Positions 45,201 to 56,528 of a stretch of 64,000 bases of DNA are shown here, piece by piece. A program made the position numbers and the translations under genes. The notes beneath the pieces were generated by a model. That model did not search any database, was not told the origin of the DNA, and worked only from the letters and a program-made list of their open reading frames with translations. This stretch comes from Macrostomum lignano (taxonomy: Eukaryota). The DNA is taken from the NCBI GenBank assembly GCA_002269645.1, contig NIVC01000426.1, positions 434,001 through 498,000 of the forward strand, written 5' to 3'. Position 1 is the stretch's first letter; each line of letters opens with the position of its first letter.

Positions 45201-48200
45201 TTAGCTCAAACCTTCATTAGCTCAAAACTCCATTAGCTCAAAACTCCATTAGCTCAAACCTTCATTAGCTCAAACCTTCATTAGCTCGAAACTTCATTAG
45301 CTCAAAACTCCATTAGCTCAAAACTCCATTAGCTCAAACCTTCATTAGCTCAAACCTTCATTAGCTCGAAACTCCATTGCTCAAAACTGCATTAGCTCTA
45401 AACTCCAGTGGCTCAAAACTCCATTAGATGCTGAATTAACTGCCAGTCTCCGCCCCTTAAAACTAAATTGCCTGTAAAAATGGAGTTCAAAATGGTGGTA
45501 CACCTGTTGCTCTTTTCAGTCAAAAACCGATGCTGCTGCTGCTTCTGCAGAAGAAGAAAAAGAAGAGCCGACCGATAAAGCCAGCTCAGCAGCCGTTAAA
45601 GAAAGCGGCAGCGGATTTGTGATTAGCCGACCTGCTCAGACTCGTCAGTCGCCAGCTGCTGCATCAGCAAATCCGTCCATGGCAACTAAGAAGTCGCTGT
45701 CAGGCCTGACCGAAGCTTCCGCTGCCGAACTCCGTCAGGCTGAGATGGCCACTCTGATTCGACGCGTGCCCAAAAGCGAACTGCTGACGCGAACGTTTGA
45801 CAATGGCGAACAGGTGTTCGAGTTCGATTTCCAGTCTAGCGATCCGGATTGGCCGTACGATGTGAAATCTCTGCCCCTTGCTGTGGCCTTTCCCATTGGC
45901 TTTCCTAAGGAGGTAACTGCGTTCTGATGTTAATTCGGATTGTTGCATGTGTTCTAGCGCTGGGTTCCATCAGGTGTTCTAGCGCTGGGTTCCATCAGGT
46001 GTTCTAGCGCTGGTTTCCATCAGGTGTTCTAGCGTTGGGTTTTATCAGGTGTTTTAGCGCTGGGTTCCATCAGGTGTTTTAGCGCTGGGTTCCATCAGGT
46101 GTTCTAGCGCTGGGTTCCATCAGGTGTTCTAGCGTTGGGTTCCATCAGGTGTTTTAGCGCTGGGTTCCATCAGGTGTTTTAGCGCTGGGTTCCATCAGGT
46201 GTTTTAGCGCTTGGTTCCATCAGGTGTTTTAGCGCTGGGTTTCATCAGGTGTTTTAGCGCTGGGTTTTATCAGGTGTTTTAGCGCTTGGTTCCATCAAGT
46301 GTTCCAGTGCTTGGTTCCATCAGGTGTTCTAGCGCTTGGTTCCATCAGGTGTTCTAGCGTTGGGTTCCATCAGGTGTTCTAGCGCTGGGTTCCATCAGGT
46401 GTTCTAGCGCTGGGTTCCATCAGGTGTTCTAGCGCTGGGTTCCATCAGGTGTTTTAGCGCTTGGTTCCATCAGGTGTTCTAGCGTTGGGTTCCATCAGGT
46501 GTTCTAGCGCTGGGTTCCATCAGGTGTTCTAGCGCTGGGTTCCATCAGGTGTTTTAGTGCTGGGTTCCATCAGGTGTTCTAGCGCTGCGTTCCATCAGGT
46601 GTTCTAGCGCTGGGTTCCATCAGGTGTTTTAGTGCTGGGTTCCATCAGGTGTTCTAGCGCTGGGTTCCATCAGGTGTTTTAGTGCTGGGTTCCATCAGGT
46701 GTTCTAGCGCTGCGTTCCATCAGGTGTTCTAGCGCTGGGTTCCATCAGGTGTTTTAGTGCTGGGTTCCATCAGGTGTTCTAGCGCTGGGTTCCATCAGGT
46801 GTTCTAGCGCTGGGTTCCATCAGGTGTTCTAGCGTTGGGTTTTATCAGGTGTTCCAGTGCTTGGTTCCATCAGGTGTTCTAGCGCTGGGTTCCATCAGGT
46901 GTTTTAGCGCTTGGTTCCATCAGGTGTTCCAGTGCTTGGTTCCATCAGGTGTTCTAGCGCTGGGTTCCATCAGGTGTTCCAGTGCTTGGTTCCATCAGGT
47001 GTTCTAGCGCTGGGTTCCATCAGGTGTTTTAGCGCTTGGTTCCATCAGGTGTTCCAGTGCTTGGTTCCATCAGGTGTTCTAGCGCTGGGTTCCATCAGGT
47101 GTTCCAGTGCTTGGTTCCATCAGGTGTTCTAGCGCTGGGTTCCATCAGGTGTTCCAGTGCTTGGTTCCATCAGGTGTTCTAGCGCTGGGTTCCATCAGGT
47201 GTTCTAGCGCTGGGTTCCATCAGGTGTTCCAGTGCTTGGTTCCATCAGGTGTTCCAGTGCTTGGTTCCATCAGGTGTTCCAGTGCTTGGTTCCATCAGGT
47301 GTTCTAGCGCTGGGTTCCATCAGGTGTTCCAGTGCTTGGTTCCATCAGGTGTTCTAGCGCTGGGTTCCATCAGGTGTTCCAGTGCTTGGTTCCATCAGGT
47401 GTTCTAGCGCTGGGTTCCATCAGGTGTTCCAGTGCTTGGTTCCATCAGGTGTTCTAGCGCTGGGTTCCATCAGGTGTTCTAGCGCTGGGTTCCATCAGGT
47501 GTTCTAGCGCTGGGTTCCATCAGGTGTTTTAGCGCTTGGTTCCATCAGGTGTTTTAGCGCTGGGTTCCATCAGGTGTTCTAGCGCTGGGTTCCATCAGGT
47601 GTTCTAGCGCTTGGTTCCATCAGGTGTTTTAGCGCTGGGTTCCATCAGGTGTTTTAGCGCTTGGTTCCATCAGGTGTTTTAGCGCTGGGTTCCATCAGGT
47701 GTTCTAGCGCTGGGTTCCATCAGGTGTTCTAGCGCTGGGTTCCATCAGGTGTTTTAGCGCTTGGTTCCATCAGGTGTTTTAGCGCTGGGTTCCATCAGGT
47801 GTTCTAGCGCTGGGTTCCATCAGGTGTTCTAGCGCTTGGTTCCATCAGGTGTTTTAGCGCTGGGTTCCATCAGGTGTTTTAGCGCTTGGTTCCATCAGGT
47901 GTTTTAGCGCTGGGTTCCATCAGGTGTTCTAGCGCTGGGTTCCATCAGGTGTTCTAGCGCTGGGTTCCATCAGGTGTTTTAGCGCTTGGTTCCATCAGGT
48001 GTTTTAGCGCTGGGTTCCATCAGGTGTTTTAGCGCTGGGTTCCATCAGGTGTTCTAGCGCTTGGTTCCATCAGGTGTTTTAGCGCTGGGTTCCATCAGGT
48101 GTTTTAGCGCTGGGTTCCATCAGGTGTTCTAGCGCTGGGTTCCATCAGGTGTTCCAGCGCTGGGTTTCATCAGGTGTTTTAGCGCTGGGTTCCATCAGGT

Positions 48201-51200
48201 GTTTTAGTGCTGGGTTCCATCAGGTGTTCCAGCGCTGGGTTTCATCAGGTGTTTTAGCGCTGGGTTCCATCAGGTGTTTTAGTGCTGGGTTTCATCAGGT
48301 GTTCCAGTGCTTGGTTCCATCAGGTGTTCCAGTGCTTGGTTCCATCAGGTGTTCTAGCGCTGGGTTCCATCAGGTGTTTTAGCGCTTGGTTCCATCAGGT
48401 GTTTTAGCGCTTGGTTCCATCAGGTGTTTTAGCGCTTGGTTCCATCAGGTGTTTTAGCGCTTGGTTCCATCAGGTGTTTTAGCGCTGGGTTCCATCAGGT
48501 GTTTTAGCGCTGGGTTCCATCAGGTGTTCTAGCGCTGGGTTCCATCAGGTGTTCCAGTGCTTGGTTCCATCAGGTGTTCTAGCGCTGGGTTCCATCAGGT
48601 GTTTTAGCGCTTGGTTCCATCAGGTGTTTTAGCGCTGGGTTCCATCAGGTGTTTTAGCGCTTGGTTCCATCAGGTGTTTTAGCGCTTGGTTCCATCAGGT
48701 GTTTTAGCGCTTGGTTCCATCAGGTGTTTTAGCGCTTGGTTCCATCAGGTGTTTTAGCGCTTGGTTCCATCAGGTGTTTTAGCGCTGGGTTCCATCAGGT
48801 GTTTTAGCGCTTGGTTCCATCAGGTGTTTTAGCGCTGGGTTCCATCAGGTGTTTTAGCGCTTGGTTCCATCAGGTGTTTTAGCGCTTGGTTCCATCAGGT
48901 GTTTTAGCGCTGGGTTCCATCAGGTGTTTTAGCGCTTGGTTCCATCAGGTGTTTTAGCGCTTGGTTCCATCAGGTGTTTTAGCGCTTGGTTCCATCAGGT
49001 GTTTTAGCGCTTGGTTCCATCAGGTGTTTTAGCGCTTGGTTCCATCAGGTGTTTTAGCGCTGGGTTCCATCAGGTGTTTTAGCGCTTGGTTCCATCAGGT
49101 GTTTTAGCGCTGGGTTCCATCAGGTGTTCTAGCGCTGGGTTCCATCAGGTGTTCTAGCGCTGGGTTCCATCAGGTGTTTTAGCGCTTGGTTCCATCAGGT
49201 GTTTTAGCGCTGGGTTCCATCAGGTGTTTTAGCGCTGGGTTCCATCAGGTGTTCTAGCGCTGGGTTCCATCAGGTGTTCCAGCGCTGGGTTTCATCAGGT
49301 GTTTTAGCGCTGGGTTCCATCAGGTGTTTTAGTGCTGGGTTTCATCAGGTGTTCCAGTGCTTGGTTCCATCAGGTGTTCCAGTGCTTGGTTCCATCAGGT
49401 GTTCTAGCGCTGGGTTCCATCAGGTGTTCTAGTGCTGGGTTCCATCAGGTGTTCTAGTGCTTGGTTCCATCAGGTGTTCTAGCGCTGGGTTCCATCAGGT
49501 GTTCCAGTGTGCATCGTCCTGTATGTGTAATTCTAGCTTTTTTCACTTGAAATAAAGTTCATTATGCACTTTTAACCCGGACGGCAGGCAATGCAGGTGA
49601 CGGTGCGCGAGTCCCCACAGCTGCCCAGACGCCTGCTGAAAACTTGCCAGTCCGGCATCAACAAATGGCTGTCGGAGAGGCAGACGAACTGCTTGAAGAA
49701 CGACTGCGCCTGTCCAGTGTTTCGCCAGTTCCTGCGCTGGCTGGACCGCGGCCTCGAGGATCTGTTCACCACAGGGCTTCAGCTGGTGCGTCTATCACCC
49801 GATGCGGTAATCTGTCACTCCCAATCACCCGATGCGGCAGTCTGTCACTCTCAATCACCCGATGCGGCAGACTGTCACTCCCAATCACCCGATGCGGCAG
49901 TCTGTCACTCTCAATCACCCGATGCGACAGGCTGTCATTCTCAATCACCCGATACGGCAGTCTGTCACTCCCTATCGCCCAGTGCGGCAGTCTGTCACCC
50001 CAATCACCCGATGCTGCAGTCTCACTCCCAATCACCCGATGCGGCAGACTGTCACTGTCAATCACCAGATGCGGCAGACTGTCACTGTCAATCACCAGAT
50101 GCGGCAGTCTGTCACTCCCAATCACCCGATGCTGCAGTCTGTCACTCCCAATCACCCTATGCGGCAGTCTGTCACTCTCAATCACCCGATGCTGCAGTCT
50201 GTCACTCCCAATCACCCTATGCGGCAGTCTGTCACTCCCAATCACCCTATGCGGCAGTCTGTCACTCTCAATCACCCGATGCTGCAGTCTCACTCCCAAT
50301 CACCCGATGCGGCAGACTGTCACTCCCAATCACCCGATGCGGCAGACTGTCACTGTCAATCACCAGATGCGGCAGACTGTCACTGTCAATCACCAGATGC
50401 GGCAGTCTGTCACTCCCAATCACCCGATGCTGCAGTCTGTCACTCCCAATCACCCTATGCGGCAGTCTGTCACTCTCAATCACCCGATGCTGCAGTCTGT
50501 CACTCCCAATCACCCGATGCTGCAGTCTGTCACTCCCAATCACCCGATGCGGCAGACTGTCACTCCCAATCACCCGATGCGGCAGTCTGTCACTCCCAAT
50601 CACCCGATGCGGCAGTCTGCCACTCCCAATCACCCGATGCGGCAGACTGTCACTCCCAATCACCCGATGCGGCAGTCTGTCACTCCCAATCACCCGATGC
50701 GGCAGTCTGTCACTCCCAATCACCTGATGTGGCAGTCTGTCACTCTCAATCACCCGATGCGGCAGACTGTCACTCCCAATCACCTGATGCTGCAGTCTGT
50801 CACTCCCAATCACCCGATGCGGCAAACTGTCACTCCCAATCACCCGATGCGGCAAACTGTCACTCCCAATCACCTGATGCGGCAGTCTGTCACTCCCAAT
50901 CACCCGATGCGGCAGTCTGTCACTTCCAATCACCTGATGTGGCAGTCTGTCACTCTCAATCACCCGATGCGGCAGACTGTCACTCCCAATCACCTGATGC
51001 GGCAGTCTGTCACTCCCAATCACCTGATGCGGCAGTCTGTCACTCCCAATCACCCGATGCGGCAGTCTGTCACTCCCAATCACCTGATGCGGCAGTCTGT
51101 CACTCTCAATCACCCGATGCGGCAGACTGTCACTCCCAATCACCTGATGCGGCAGTCTGTCACTCCCAATCACCTGATGCGGCAGTCTGTCACTCCCAAT

Positions 51201-53303
51201 CACCCGATGCGGCAGACTGTCCCTCCTGCCTATCGATATCCCAAAGGCGTACTCCGCCCCACCCCCGCAGTACAAGCGCGAGCTGGAAGCGGCCCAAGCG
51301 GGCATCTTAATCTACACTCCCGAGCAGCTGAGGGAAAAATTTGCCCAGGCAGCAGCGGCAACCGCAGAATCAAAGGATTCCGCAGACGTAAGAGAAGACG
51401 AAACAGAAGAGGCTGATGACAACAATGATGAAGACGACTATGACGAAGATTCCAGCGATGAGAACGAAGAAGGCGACTCTGTGCAGCGACCGTCGCAGCA
51501 GCAGCTTCGCGATCCTGTCCGCCGCGGCACCGAGATCGCACTGCGCCGTCTGGAACTGCGCGACAGCGTCGCCTCCTTGACTGTCCGTCGGCTGGTCGTT
51601 GAGCTTCGCTGTCTCCGCTGTCGCCGGAAGCTGGCGGCCAACCTTAGCGCCGATTCCAAAGCCGGCTACGTGTCGATGGCCTGTGCTCAGTGCGGCTCCG
51701 ACCTGCGCGCCGGCTTCCGGCCGAGCCTGCTGCACTCGTTTAGCGGCAATCCGGCCGTTGTTGGCTTCTTAGACTTGACCGGCTGCTCGGCCGAGGATGC
51801 CCTGCTGTCCGCCGGCGACTGCGAATTCGTCACTGTCTGTCTGGGTTGCCAGCTGCCGCACACGCACCACGGACAGCTAGCTGGTAACGGCGGACAGCCG
51901 ATGCGCCACTGCTGCCTCCGCTGCCATGCCTGGGGCGGCTTCGTGGCCGAGGGCGTCCGACTGACCGTGCTCAGCGCGCCGGATGTGGCCGATGGGAAAG
52001 TGAGTCGGGGACCGTTAGGACTTCCTTTGGTTTTTATGATTCCTTGATTCCTTTTGGTATGGGATTCCCGTTATTTTGGGATTCCCATTGGTTTGAGATT
52101 CCCGTTAGTTTGGGAATCCCGTTGGTTGGGGATTCTCGTTGGTTTTGGAATCCCGTTGGTTTGGGATTCCCGTTGGTTTGGGAATCCCATTGGTTAGGGA
52201 TTCCCATTGGTTAGGGATTCCCGTTGGTTAGGGATTCCCATTGGTTAGGGATTCCCGTTGGTTAGGGATTCCCATTGGTTAGGAATTCCCGTTGGTTTAG
52301 AATTTCTTTTGGAGATGGGATTTACTTCGGACTGCAGTTTCCTTTGATTTTTCGATTCCCTTTGTGTATGGGATTCCCTTTGGGCTTGAGATTCCTTTGT
52401 GTATGAGATTTCCTGCAGGTTTGAGATTCCCTTTGAGTTTTGAGTCCCTTAGATTCCTTGGGATTTTAAAAGATTTTTTATTACTTTGGTTCGAGAATTC
52501 TATTGAAGTTGGGATTTTTTATTGGTTGAGTATTCGCAATCTTCTTTTGCAATCAATTATTGAACAGTTTAATCTTCATATTCAGAATAAATACTGTAAC
52601 GTATTTAGCGTACAATGAATCCAATTAAATATAATTAAGTGACTCAGATCAAGCATGGAAAATATGGAATATAATGATAATGTACCAATTTGCCTAAATA
52701 TCAGTTGCGCTCTCGTCACTTTAAAACACTGGAACGGTTGAATCACAGATTTATATTTTTAGAGTTGTTAATTCCTAACAAAAATATTCAGTCATATAGA
52801 CTAGCCATTTTGCCCCCTGTTGGGCAACTCAATAGTATTTTCATTGGGATTCCGCAAATATTTCTACCGTATATTTTGTTCAGTCAAGCGGAGCAGCCAA
52901 GCAACAGCAGAAGAAGCCGAAGAAGCCAATAGAGCCGGACATCCGGCCCGGCCAGCCGTTGCCTAGCAACGGCACCTGTCGTCACTACAAGCGCAGCTAT
53001 CGCTGGCTTCGCTTCCCCTGCTGCGGCCGGGCATTCCCATGCGACATTTGTCACGATGAGGCCGCGCCAGGCGATCACGAGATGGCGTGGGCGGTCAGGA
53101 TGCTGTGCGGCTACTGCGCCAAGGAGCAGCCGGTCAGCGACAAGTGCTCCAGCTGCGGCGCCGGCATGTCGCGGGCGCGCACCTCGCACTGGGAGGGCGG
53201 CCGCGGCTGTCGCGACGTTAAACGAATGTCGCGCAACGAGAAGAAGAAGTACGCAAATTTGAATAAAACTGTTAGCAGGCGGGCAGCCGCTGCTGGCAAA
53301 TGA
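42278..53303 (+). CDS. 3xCCCH + CHY-type zinc-finger protein (S. pombe C18H10.09-like), ~710 aa; join(42278-42670,45520-45912,49588-49785,51271-51999,52884-53303)
   Basis: Three C-x7/8-C-x5-C-x3-H fingers; acidic tract; Cys-rich CLRC/CAQC/CLGC region; C-terminal GTCRHYKRSYRWLRFPCCGRAFPCDICHD...WEGGRGCRD. All introns GT-AG, phase 0; exon 3 has an alternative in-frame acceptor at 49597. Confidence 0.85.
42815..45430. repeat. 16-bp minisatellite TTAGCTCAAAACTCCA with variants, ~163 copies, zinc-finger gene intron 1
   Basis: Unit spacing 16; variants ACTCC/CCTTC/ACTTC. Confidence 0.98.
45950..49508. repeat. 25-bp minisatellite GTGTTCTAGCGCTGGGTTCCATCAG, ~142 copies, intron 2
   Basis: Fills ~97% of the 3.67-kb intron. 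Confidence 0.98.
49795..51222. repeat. 30-bp minisatellite CACTCCCAATCACCCGATGCGGCAGTCTGT, ~47 copies, intron 3
   Basis: Starts <10 nt after the donor at 49786. Confidence 0.98.
52035..52470. repeat. Degenerate ~21-bp repeat GGGATTCCCGTTGGTT, intron 4
   Basis: GGGATTCCC palindromic core repeated and decaying 3'-ward. Confidence 0.8.
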
Positions 53304-54650
53304 TAGACTACAAGCTACTGTTAGTAATATGTAGTCGGCGACATTGAAGTGTAGCTGTACATGAATTTAGAAAATACATAAAAATGTACTGCCTAAACAT
53401 TTATGACACTGCCATAATTACTCAAATCTTTTGAATGTCAGATTTCTCTTTTGTGTTTTCAAAGTACAATTATATTTAGTCATATGGACTAGCCATTGTG
53501 CCCCCTTCGGGGAACTCTATAATAACTATATAGTACTCCGATATGCAAAAATACGGTACGGTTACGGAAAAAAATAATTAAACTTCTTTTGAATTTGTCG
53601 CTGAGAATGTATTTTCATATCATATTTTCAGATACAGTCAAATATCTTATGTTGAATTAGTGATAGGCGGTATCTGGACTGCTCTCATTACGATTAAATT
53701 AATCTGTCAAAATGGTCGCAACATGCATAGAAACTACCACTGCATAGACTCATGGATAGTCATTAAAAGCATGTCTGCGCCCTTGTTATTAGATGTCTAG
53801 ATGGTGGCGTTAGAATCTGAGTCTTTAATGGTCCGACCGGGCGTAGCTTGGTTGGGTGTTAAACCAGTGGGGCGTGGCTCTTGTGCGTTAGTGCGGGGGT
53901 GGTGGGCCGGGCCTTGGTCACGTGCCCGCGGCCTGGGTGGCGTTTATTTAATACGGTGCGGGCTGTCGCTGACCCGCCAAGCGCGTATTGATTTTTTTTC
54001 TCGCTTTTAAGTCTCCAAGGTTTTATTTGGCTTTCAAGTCCGGTAAATTAAAGTTAATAAATACGCTCGAATACTCGTACAATAGGGCCAGGCTCGAACC
54101 TGCGCCTCTCGTGCCAACTGCCTTGACTTCGTCTCACTGGTTTAATGTGTTTAAGAGTTCAATGTCAATGCACGCTGCCAGTTCAAGAAGGGTTCACTGA
54201 TCTTTGACGCTGCCTGTCTTAAAAATCAATTGAATATGCCAAAATGATCCCAATTTTCTGCTCAATTTAGCATAAAATATTCAAATATATACTTATTTTG
54301 TTTATTTTCTCTTGTTTGCAAATAGTTGACTCTTTCAATTATGCCTTGTAAAGTTAAATTCGATACATATCGGCTAAAATTGATGCGTAAAATTCACATC
54401 AGCCAAGCTGAGCACGCAGACGGACACACGGAATACTGCGCAGGCACGCGCTCACAGGTTGTACATGTATGTCTTCAGTGGTCCCTGGATGGTGGGATTA
54501 GCGATAATGCCACAAGTTCACAAATGCCAAGTTTATTGTGTGACCGCGTGCGGAATCGAACCCGCGGCATTTTAGTTTGAGAACAGACTTGGTACCGCTC
54601 CGCTTCGTTTCCAACAATCACTTCTACGAGTATATAATTGTTAATATAAG

Positions 54651-54855
54651 GGTTCTAGCGTAGTGGTTAGAGCGTCGGACTTGCGACTGAAAGGTCGGGG
54701 GTTTGATTCTCGACCCAATCGAAACAATTTGTGTCCTTGAGCAAGACACTTAACTCCATCTTTCAAATGGGTACCAGCATTTAGTTGAGGTGTGTGGCAA
54801 CCCCCCCTCCCCAGTCCTTGGACTGAACAGCCGTACGCAGCCTTAAGATGCGCCA
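54651..54855 (+). mobile_element. tRNA-derived SINE
   Basis: A-box TAGCGTAGTGG, B-box-like GGTTTGATTCTC; body GTGTCCTTGAGCAAGACACTTAACTC...GGACTGAACAGCCGTACGCAGC shared with 62746-62955. Confidence 0.85.
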
Positions 54856-54884
54856 CGCAAGGCGCAATAGCTGCGGCTGAGCTG

Positions 54885-54977
54885 TCGGTTGCACACCTGC
54901 CCATTGGGTCGAGAATCGAAGCCCCCCCCCCGACCTTTCAGTCGCGAGTCCGACGCTCTAACCACTAGGCTACAACC
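54885..54977 (-). mobile_element. Internally deleted copy of the same SINE (tRNA head joined to tail)
   Basis: Minus strand reads GGTTGTAGCCTAGTGGTTAGAGCGTCGGACTCGCGACTGAAAGGTC...TTCGATTCTCGACCCAAT then GGGCAGGTGTG, the tail seen in the 62.9-kb copy. Confidence 0.8.
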
Positions 54978-56528
54978 GCTGTGCCACAATCTGCAGTATA
55001 TAAAATACTAAAACTACTAACAAAACCACCGTGCAAATAACGTTTTCGATTCGACAAAAAGAGACAGTTTGACATTTTTTATTATCATGCAGTTATACAT
55101 GTATATATATATTTGTCTACTTTGTGCTTCTGCGCCTCTAGAGTCGGGCCAGTAGACACTGCTAAAAAAATCGGTCAAAAATTGCCAGCTGCAGAGTGCG
55201 CAGAAGCAATGCAAGTTCTTGCCGTGTGTGAAGCGTGTGTTTTTATCATAGCATTTTTAATATTAATAACTAAGCAATCTTAGCAAAAATTAGCATTTGC
55301 GTGGGTACTAAACACGAAAAAATCGTGTGTGTTTTCAGTTGGCAGTTCGATGCGTGGGTTAATTGGAGTGGCTAGGTTCTCTCTCTCTTGGGGATCTGTC
55401 GTTAAACAGCATTTTTTGCGGGAAAACGCGAAAAGCATGGAAATTACGCTGAGTATGTTTAAAAAACAGTTTAACATGCATTATTATGGTAAATGGTTGA
55501 TAACTATGTATACGAAGTACTCGACTCGTATGCGCGCAAACAGAGCAGCAGTGCCATGTCGGGTTACATTGAACGAGAGCGCGTTGGGGGTTCAGAATTC
55601 AACTTGCTAAATCCAGGTTTGATTAAGGATCTTAATTGTATAATAATTATATTGATAAGCAAGTTATACAAAGCTCGATGCGAGCTTAAACATGGACAGG
55701 GGCCAGAATGGATGATGAAGGATTAAAGCAGCTGTCAAGTTGAGCAAATGTTAACACAATGCCTGTTACTTCTTACATGGCAAGCATGCATTTGTGCGGT
55801 GCAGAACGGGGCTGGCTGCTTTTCGTTGCGTTCGGATAAAATTACTATGAGTAGCTAGGAGTGCTTTTTTAAAACTGATTTTCTGTGTTGCGTGCCAAAA
55901 AGTCAGATCATGAATTAGACTTAATTAGTTTTTTTTTACATCTAAGAGCGAGCGAGTGGTGAACTCGAAACAAAATTAATAAAACAAGAATTGGCTGAAC
56001 AATATTTGTTAGCATAAATCTCATTCAACAGGATCTGAGGAATATTTTGCAGTCAGCCAGTTCTTGTTTAGCGCAGATAGGCAAAATACGACAGCTACAG
56101 AAGCTTAAATCACAATGCATTAATCTCGTGCTCAAGGTGTGCTCATAAACAATTGACAAGAACAGCTGGGAGAGGGAGAGAGAGTCAAGGGGAGGCGGCA
56201 TGTGCACAGCGTCAAAATTACAATCGGGTACAAAAATCACAAAGTAGAAAAACACGAAAGCAGCACAAATCACACCAGAGTTCGTGGTGTCCTTTATTAT
56301 AAATATTTTAATGCTATCCTCACGACGATGCAGCAGTTTAAAACGGGACAAGTTTGGATTTTTGTGCTGGGAGGATTTTAAGGGCGTAAGGGTGCGCATT
56401 GCGGGTTAATACCAGTTACAAAAGCGTGAGCAGTCGTGCTTTTGACTGTTGCTCAATAAAATGGGACTCTCCAACAGTCATGGCCAACCAGTCGGCTAAC
56501 AAGGCATGGGAAATCAGTTGGGGTCTGG

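Noticed and set aside
42815-49508. CRISPR-like appearance of long arrays
   Set aside because: Contiguous units with no unique spacers, no cas genes, eukaryotic intron context.
54651-54977. Functional tRNA genes
   Set aside because: Anticodon and acceptor stems do not pair and the heads continue into a shared SINE body.
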